Of a stretch of DNA of 64,000 nt, positions 57,001-64,000 are shown in pieces (the first letter of the stretch is position 1; each line of letters begins with the position of its first letter). The notes beneath the pieces were generated by a model, which did no database searches, had not been told where the DNA came from, and saw only the letters and a list, made by a program, of their open reading frames with translations. Origin of the DNA: Eledone cirrhosa (Eukaryota); the NCBI GenBank assembly GCA_964016885.1, contig OZ024754.1, positions 42,780,001-42,844,000 on the forward strand, read 5' to 3'. The position numbers and the translations under genes were made by a program.

Positions 57001-57200
57001 TATCTGGGTATGTTGCTATTGTTGGTATTGTATCTGGGTATGTTGCTATTGTTGTTGTTATTGTTTGTGTCTGTGTGTCTGTTGTTGTTGGGATGTGTGT
57101 TGTATATGTGTGTGCGTATATTGTTGCTTTTGTTTTTGTTTTTGATGCTCCAGCGTAGTTTCGTAAATGATTTTTCTATTTCTGACAGACAACTAATCAT
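54072..57200 (-). CDS. Penelope-like reverse transcriptase + C-terminal GIY-YIG endonuclease, 1042 aa, possibly Naiad clade
   Basis: PTDKSG, PALYGLRKDHK, PTRPV, GSMDVVSLYPSI, QEEGAAIG, SRYVDD, LPVLD; Cx4Cx2Cx7C linker; VVYSIRC...C...YIGETAR...RINEH...H; EA...LN. No internal stops. The frame stays open upstream into (TA)n. Confidence 0.93.
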   Translation of the reverse strand: MISCLSEIEKSFTKLRWSIKNKNKSNNIRTHIYNTHPNNNRHTDTNNNNNNSNIPRYNTNNSNIPRYNRHADTNNNNNTHGDNNNNNTHINNNNNSNIPRYNNNRHANTNNNNNTHNNDNTHTHGDNNTHQQQHTSTTTTHTHSMPLTTTTILTNTQTQKTSNDSSTEIREIRESNRIKRSRETKDKEYNQDEHTDTQNRVDNNIEPVERDRSNYERHRNNHEAEAAAVGGNRNNTTNNSASTHKAAAWNSPFYNHSDKSFDLRRVHATTLPFNKRTQLPSQVDEQTEAQFSIAKSELRNIIEQYSKKHNRIEAQQLGEEPANGLRKLMQRSRNGEIACFPTDKSGRMSVDSLPNYIQAMQPHITNTREVTPQEHEDREKTLNAHMVMWTNIMQPNKRTANNFQAWNNDVPALYGLRKDHKTGWDPVAGPPTRPVCGANIASNYRLSYFLSLIIRPIIEMSPDVCDSTEDLLSRIDAGNRSGDLTNCIIGSMDVVSLYPSIDVDFAVEKCVEMISESKVEFRGIDTSELGLLLKLTHSNSYLDTYDLSNLCPTRPARGRPPTITSMAKKTHTDRWNGWTRAIRTPENHDELKKMIAHAVGASIKLTLKEHMFKFNGKTYAQEEGAAIGVSIAGDIANLFMVWWDSRLKQKLKEQLEDRLTLIMYSRYVDDINIVVKTPPLKNSQEPEKNTMESIQQIANSIHQSIRVTIDYPSRHPNHRLPVLDTELWLDTINNQKQILHSHYAKPMTSKHLIHRNSAISDHTKINILIADLIRVMRNVSRMCNPEELERHIQHFIHRMQFSGYNQRDRIRVYKGARTKWEKMVNNDINGTCPLYRSKFWNRIERTKNKANRINSWYDSNKYQSVMFINTTPRGELAYKFRRALKKHNLNIKIVERPGTSVKTLISKTYPFQRPSCIDKKCITCKISPHINCKTRNVVYSIRCTEGQCRNKNIVYIGETARSIGERINEHWRDLQDSKESSVLYQHAKIEHRGKLESIEIKIESTHKKDAMFRQITEAVSIKELKPKLNRKYEWNSNITTYN

Positions 57201-57228
57201 ATTTACCTTCTTGACAAATTCAGAAACG

Positions 57229-57270
<42 letters not shown>

Positions 57271-57325
57271 TTGAGTTATATATAGATATGTGTTATATAT
57301 AGATATGTGTTATATATATATATAT

Positions 57326-57404
57326 TTAATATAGAAATGGCTTCTACAGGACTAGAACTGTTTCATTCTTACTGTAGTTACTCAGGATTGAACCCGGGAT
57401 AAAC
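57326..57404. mobile_element. Family B remnant (inverted half-ribozyme joined to tail)
   Basis: TTTAATATAGAAATGGCTTCTACAGGACTAGAACTGTTTCATT|CTTACTGTAGTTAC. Confidence 0.75.
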
Positions 57405-57496
57405 ATCTCCCTCTCTTTCTCTCTCTCTCTCTATATATATATACGGTATATATATACGGTATATATATACGGTATATATATACCGTATATATATAC

Positions 57497-57564
<68 letters not shown>

Positions 57565-57981
57565 GTATATATATACCGTATATATATATATATACCGTAT
57601 ATATATATATATTGATGGACCTTCGTCAATTCCGTCGATATCATGATAAGGACCAGGGGTCTCTTACTCCCGATGGGCCAACCACGTACTTGGGTACCAA
57701 ACCGAGTATTCTAATGTATCCATTCATACATACTTACATACTATTATTTTACTTATTTGCATTGGTACGACTACACACACACATATGTATATATGTGCGT
57801 ATGTATGTGTGATTGTGTATATGTTTGTCCAAATATATACGGCTGTTCGTACATGCGCAGACAAATGTATGGAAAGAGAGAAAGAGAGAGAGAGGGGGGA
57901 TGGTGGTTGTTAAAATGTGATTGATGATGATTGGTTATTGATGTAATTCGAAGCAGCAGGACATCTCAGAGATTACAAAAC

Positions 57982-58108
57982 GAAGAAGAAGAAGAAGAAG
58001 AAGAAGAAGAAGAAGAAGAAGAAGAAGAAGAAGAAGAAGAAGAAGAAGAAGAAGAAGAAGAAGAAGAAGAAGAAGAAGAAGAAGAAGAAGAAGAAGAAGA
58101 AGAAGAAG
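57982..58108. repeat. Pure (GAA)n tract
   Basis: Direct reading. Confidence 0.95.
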
Positions 58109-58732
58109 AGGAAGTAGATGTGGGAGAAGAGTAGAAAGAAAAACAAGCAAAGAATAACAAAAACCAAAATGGCTGCCGGGTCTAGTGTTGGGCTTGCGCA
58201 GAAGGGAGATAATAAAAACTGTGGAGTAATAAGAAATCAATTTGGTTGGAGAAGATCGGTTATTTCTTCAAGTCTAATAAATAGCAATGGCGGTTAGAGG
58301 AGAATAATAAAAATTCTCTTTGGCAGGAAATAAATAAATGGAAGATGGCACTAAACAGGAAAAGGAAAGAAAGAAATGAAAGATTGAAGGAAAATATATT
58401 GAAACGAAATAAGAAAAAGAAAGAAAAAAAGTATGAATGTGTTGTGATGTAAATGTATGTATATGTTATGTATGTATGTTATATATATGTATGTTATATA
58501 TATATATATATATTATATATATATATATGTTATATATATATATATATATGTGTATATATGTAAGTATGTATGTATATGTATGTATATATATATGTATATA
58601 TATGTATATATGTGTGTGCATATATGTATATATATATATATATATGTGTGTATATATGTAAGTATGTATGTATATGTATGTATATATATATGTATATATA
58701 TGTATATATGTGTGTGTATATATATATGTATA

Positions 58733-58798
<66 letters not shown>

Positions 58799-59026
58799 TA
58801 TATTTGCTTGAATGTAGTAGTTTAACGTAAGACAATGACACTAAGTGAAGTGCTCATTACATGAGGAAGTATAGTTAATATTAGTTTGTTATTTACGACT
58901 TGCTCACTGGGTTACAAAGCTCTTATAATCCTCGGAAAATGTTAACTGAACGCTGAAATATGTCGGGAGTGGAGAAACTATGACAGAGATGGCGCAAGAT
59001 AGGGCGGATTAAACCATTTAATATAG

Positions 59027-59760
59027 GAATTGAGAGATCACAGCTCCAATACTATGGACATGTAGTTAGAATGTCTCAGGAAAGAGTGCGTAGCTCGGAG
59101 ATGAGAGAGTCACTCCAGGTAGAGCCACTACTTCTCCGAATTGAGAGATCACAGTTCCGATACTATGGACATGTGGTTAGAATGTCTCAGGAAAGAGTGC
59201 GTAGCTCGGAGATGAGAGAGTCACTCCAGGTAGAGCCACTACTTCTCCGAATTGAGAGATCACAGTTCCGATACTATGGACATGTGGTTAGAATGTCTCA
59301 GGAAAGAGTGCGTAGCTCGGAGATGAGAGAGTCACTCCAGGTAGAGCCACTACTTCTCCGAATTGAGAGATCACAGTTCCGATACTATGGATATGTAGTT
59401 AGAATGTCTCAGGAAAGAGTGCGTAGCTCGGAGATGAGAGAGTCACTCCAGGTAGAGACACTACTTCTCCGAATTGAGAGATCACAGCTCCGATACTATG
59501 GATATGTGGTTAGAATGTCTCAGGAAAGAGTGCGTAGCTCGGAGATGAGAGAGTCACTCCAGGTAGAGCCACTACTTCTCCGAATTGAGAGATCACAGCT
59601 CCGATACTATAGATATGTAGTTAGAATGTCTCAGGAAAGAATCGCTGGACAGATTTTTACAGGCAAAAATCAACAGATAGGAGACCCAGAGATAGAGGTC
59701 TAACAATATGGTTGGAAAACATCCATGAGCTTGGCTGGTCACACTTGGGGATCCAGATAT
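59027..59760 (+). mobile_element. RTE/Expander-like LINE 3' coding remnant with a 108-bp segment amplified ~5.5 times
   Basis: Repeat peptide RVRSSEMRESLQVEPLLLRIERSQ(L/F)RYYGHVVRMSQE resembles the RTE-clade post-RT motif. Confidence 0.8.
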
Positions 59761-60050
59761 AACTGCCTCTTCAATATTGTTAAAAAAAACAAACTGCTCC
59801 ATGTAGTATTCAATATGAGAATAGCTGATCGTCTGGTTTCTCCAGCCAGAAGGACGGAAAATTGAATAGTTTGCTGGGACACCAACATGGCTAAAACCAG
59901 TTCTGGTTCTATGAAACATAATTACCCATTTTAAAAGGTCCCTATTTACATTAAAACCTTCAAACAGTTTTCAATAAGAACTACATGTTAAGTTACTGTC
60001 TATTGACAATATTGTTCTATCAAAGGAAGATCCTGATTATGAGAGTAACA

Positions 60051-60218
60051 TAATAATTGTTTCTACTATTGGCACAAGGCCAGCAATTATCCAGTGCATT
60101 ACTGGTACTTTATTTTATCAACCCCGTAAGGATTAAATGAAAATAACGTAAAGGACTATAACTCTATGCTGCAAAGCATTGTGTGAGACGCTCTACCGAT
60201 ACTGCCAATCCACCGCCC
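60051..60218 (-). mobile_element. SINE S1, internally deleted, immediately downstream of the tRNA gene
   Basis: Head and tail match; box B region missing. Confidence 0.75.
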
Positions 60219-60232
60219 TAAAAGATTAGCTT

Positions 60233-60325
60233 CACCCACAAGGCGGATTTGAACCAGCGACCGTCAGATGACTTCTAGATGACGTCATTAAAAGTCTGAT
60301 GCTCTACCGACTGAGCTATGCGGGA
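60233..60325 (-). tRNA. tRNA-Lys(UUU) with a 19-nt intron (60270-60288); possibly slightly degenerate
   Basis: TCCCGCA-TA-GCTC AGTCGGTA GAGC-A-TCAGA CTTTTA[ATGACGTCATCTAGAAGTC]A TCTGA-CGGTC-GCTGG TTCAAAT CCGCC-T-TGTGGGT-G. TTTT terminator at 60220-60223. One T-stem mismatch, one extra base and a 1:72 mismatch. Confidence 0.8.
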
Positions 60326-60714
60326 GGAAGATTCAGCGTGACAGAGTAGGTGTCAAGACCATCCAACATTTCTGTCTACCCAATATCACTCACGAGACTT
60401 GAGACGATGCCATGCACTGGGCTAGGGAGATAGAAACTAATAACTCCACCACAGCGACTTACCCCCACAAAGAAAATATATATTTTCAAAAACTCCTTCA
60501 CCAATCATTGAAAGAGTTTTCTGTTACATTCATTTTTAATATAATTTGTTGTTTCTCAAATACTTTGACCACCTTAAAACTAAAAAGAAATTTCATTATA
60601 TTTTCTTGGCGTATATTTTGGAGAATTCGATTTTTGGTCTTTTATTTAGCTGTCGGTGCCCTCATTCTCGAAATCTGGATTTATGGCGTTCGATAACGGC
60701 ATTATGGTCCCACA

Positions 60715-60798
<84 letters not shown>

Positions 60799-60942
60799 AT
60801 ATATACAGAGATTGAGAGACAAATGTACCAGTGTTCGTATGAATCATTTTCTGCTTTCGTTTTTTATAAATAATAGCTTATATTTTATATGTAATTATAT
60901 TTTTTATAGCAAAGAATATATATATGAATATATATATATATG

Positions 60943-61086
<144 letters not shown>

Positions 61087-61124
61087 TATAATATATATAT
61101 ATATTTACAGATACGCACACACAC

Positions 61125-61175
<51 letters not shown>

Positions 61176-61264
61176 TAAATATATACACTCATACATACAC
61201 ACACATCTGTATGTTTCTAATTCCGTTCCGTTTTCATTTGAAACTTTTTTTATTACTTCAGTCA

Positions 61265-61518
61265 TGATCATCATCACCATCATCACCACCACCAATATCA
61301 TCATCATCATTATCATCACTATCACCATTACCATCATCATCATAATCATCATTATCATCATCACTATCACCATCATCACCATCACCACCACTATCACCAA
61401 CACCATCATCACCATCATCATCACCATCACCACCACTATCACCAACACCATCATCACCATCATCACCAACATCACCAACACCAACACCATCATCATCACC
61501 ATCACTATCACCACCACT

Positions 61519-61555
<37 letters not shown>
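61265..61555. repeat. (ATC/ACC)n tract
   Basis: Direct reading. Confidence 0.9.
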
Positions 61556-61721
61556 CAGTGTAATGTGGCATGGAATTACTTCTTTTTTTTCCATCTCATT
61601 TTCGGAATAAAAGATGGATTGAAACAAAAAAGGTGGAAAAAAAAAATGAGTGAGAAAAAGAACCATAAATCAATGTCGTGGGACTTTTTTGTAATTCCTG
61701 GTTCATGTTTTATGTGTGTGA

Positions 61722-61775
<54 letters not shown>

Positions 61776-61994
61776 TTGCATGTATATGTATTTGTGGTTA
61801 TATATATGTGTATATATATATGTATATATATGTGTATATATATGTGTATATATATGTATATATATATATGTGTGTATATATATATGTGTGTATATATATA
61901 TGTGTATATATATGTATATATATGTGTATATTTATATGTATATATATATGTATATATATATGTATATATATATATATATATAAATATATATATG

Positions 61995-62028
<34 letters not shown>

Positions 62029-62064
62029 ATAAATATATATACATATGTACATATATAGACATAT

Positions 62065-62130
<66 letters not shown>

Positions 62131-62200
62131 GTGTGTACGAACAAATGTATATTTAAAAATGTCATAAACCAACATCGTGCAATTTCTGAATATTGTCCTC

Positions 62201-62261
<61 letters not shown>

Positions 62262-62441
62262 ACAGACACACAGACACACACAGATACACACAGAGACACA
62301 CAGAGACACACACAGACACACACAGACACACACAGACGTAGAAACAAATACAAGGGAAGAGTGTCTGACTTAGGCACAAGCAGACGATCGGATAAATGTA
62401 AAGATAAAGAAAATTATATATATTATCAATGTAAAGATAAA

Positions 62442-62492
<51 letters not shown>

Positions 62493-62862
62493 GTGTGTGT
62501 GTGAGTGTGTGTGTGTAAAATATATATATACGTATATATGTATATTTTAATATATATATATTTTAATATATATATATATATATATATAATTATATATATA
62601 TATATACATATGTATATATATAAATATTTTCACTTCTGTATACAAATATGTGCGTGTCAATATATATATATATATATGTAAAAACATATATAGTTATACG
62701 TCTGTATACACATATGTGTATATATATACTTATACGTACATATAAATATATTTCTATCTATCTATCTATCATATATATATGTAAAAATATATATAGTTAT
62801 ACGTCTGTATACATATATGTGTATATATGTACTTACACGTATATATATATATATATATATAC

Positions 62863-62893
<31 letters not shown>

Positions 62894-63084
62894 TATACAC
62901 ATGTATAGATGTGTGCATATACATATATATAGAGAGAGGTACGCAGGTCTCATAGTAGGTAATTAACAAGAAATATGCTTTTAATATTTGACCAATGCAT
63001 GCAATACAGATTAATCATTGTGACATGTAAATGAAGGCTTTGTGTGTGTGTGTATGCGTGTGTGTTTGGGGTGGTATGTGTGTG

Positions 63085-63124
<40 letters not shown>

Positions 63125-63443
63125 TGGAGTTGTATGTGGTTGTATATGTGTGGGTATATATATATATATATATATAAATATATATATATGTACATATATG
63201 TGTATATAATTATATATATATACATATATGAGTGTATGTATCTATATATACATATATATGTGAGAATGTATGTATATATATATATATATATATATAACGA
63301 AGTTAGACCAAGGGGATTGCCTCAATGAAAGAGATGAGCTTCTGGGAGAGGTAGAAGGAGTTAAAGCTTTACTCCCTGGAGCGGATTCGGGTGAGATACC
63401 CAGTGATATACATATGGAAGATCGTGGAAGGGTTAGCATCAAA

Positions 63444-63489
<46 letters not shown>

Positions 63490-63521
63490 GTATGTATGTA
63501 CACACACACATATATATATAT

Positions 63522-63688
63522 AACAAAGGAAATGTGGTAAGGAACCAGATGGACCATAACGCACCAGAGTACTCAATACTTAGGGTAGTAGAGTGGGAAA
63601 TAGGAAAAAGTATGACTCCGACGGCAGAGCTCAAGCCGGAAATAGCCGTCGAAACGGCTTGAGCTCTGCCGTCGGGGTCATACTTTTT

Positions 63689-63692
<4 letters not shown>
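63522..63692 (-). mobile_element. Family A copy A8
   Basis: Tail plus inverted arms; same subfamily variants as A5; in (TA)n. Confidence 0.9.
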
Positions 63693-63727
<35 letters not shown>

Positions 63728-63893
63728 AGGGTAAACATTGATGCAATTCAATTCAAGCACTCAACGTACTTTTTCCACATAGGAGTGACGGAGTAAATAT
63801 CGAATAAGGAAAAGCGAAGTAGTTTCAGATGTTCAAGTCCTTTATATCCTGGATTCTTACCACATTTTCTAGTTATTTATCTATTATCTCCCC

Positions 63894-63924
<31 letters not shown>

Positions 63925-64000
63925 ATTCTCTCTCTCTCTCTCACTCTCTCTCTCTCTCTATCTATCTGTCTATATCTATATCTATCTATATCTATATATG

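Larger units (their letters stand above)
53567..57228 (-). mobile_element. Penelope-like retroelement, 5'-truncated, inserted in (TA)n
   Basis: RT-EN ORF plus a 3' region with an HHR; (TA)n at both ends. The 3' boundary is either ~53722 or ~53567. Confidence 0.9.

Noticed and set aside
54072-57200. Selenoprotein-type PLE (UGA recoding reported for some Naiad elements)
   Set aside because: No in-frame TGA; the ORF ends in TAA and the Zn-binding positions are Cys. No SECIS was recognised by eye (SECISearch not run).
63297-63447. ~50-codon open segment between (TA)n tracts ([10 protein letters not shown]...)
   Set aside because: Weak resemblance to a PLE C-terminus; too short to call.

Overview
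AT-rich, extremely microsatellite-dense eukaryotic (metazoan) DNA. The repeat types and an intron-containing tRNA-Lys(UUU) suggest a mollusc, most likely an octopus; this is an inference. Only two host genes are supported: a canonical replication-dependent histone H2A (258-635, with 3' stem-loop) and an intron-containing tRNA-Lys(UUU) (60233-60325, minus). Nearly all other ORFs in the track are microsatellite translations. The window also holds an uninterrupted 1042-aa Penelope-like retroelement ORF (RT + GIY-YIG; 54072-57200, minus) followed by a hammerhead ribozyme (HHR) motif. Other mobile elements are two tRNA-derived SINE families, LINE remnants (RTE, Dong/R4, Tx1-like) and DNA-transposon remnants (piggyBac MITE, hAT, mariner, Tigger-like). 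The most striking pattern is a set of about 7 families of short (100-500 bp) HHR-bearing modules sitting in (TA)n tracts. Many are fold-back palindromes. One family (8 copies) always lacks the CUGANGA half of the ribozyme, and most of its copies are inverted at or near ribozyme stem II. Two families have recurrent non-canonical catalytic cores (CAGAAGA; U·U closing stem II). All structures were read by eye, and coordinates of degenerate repeats are approximate.
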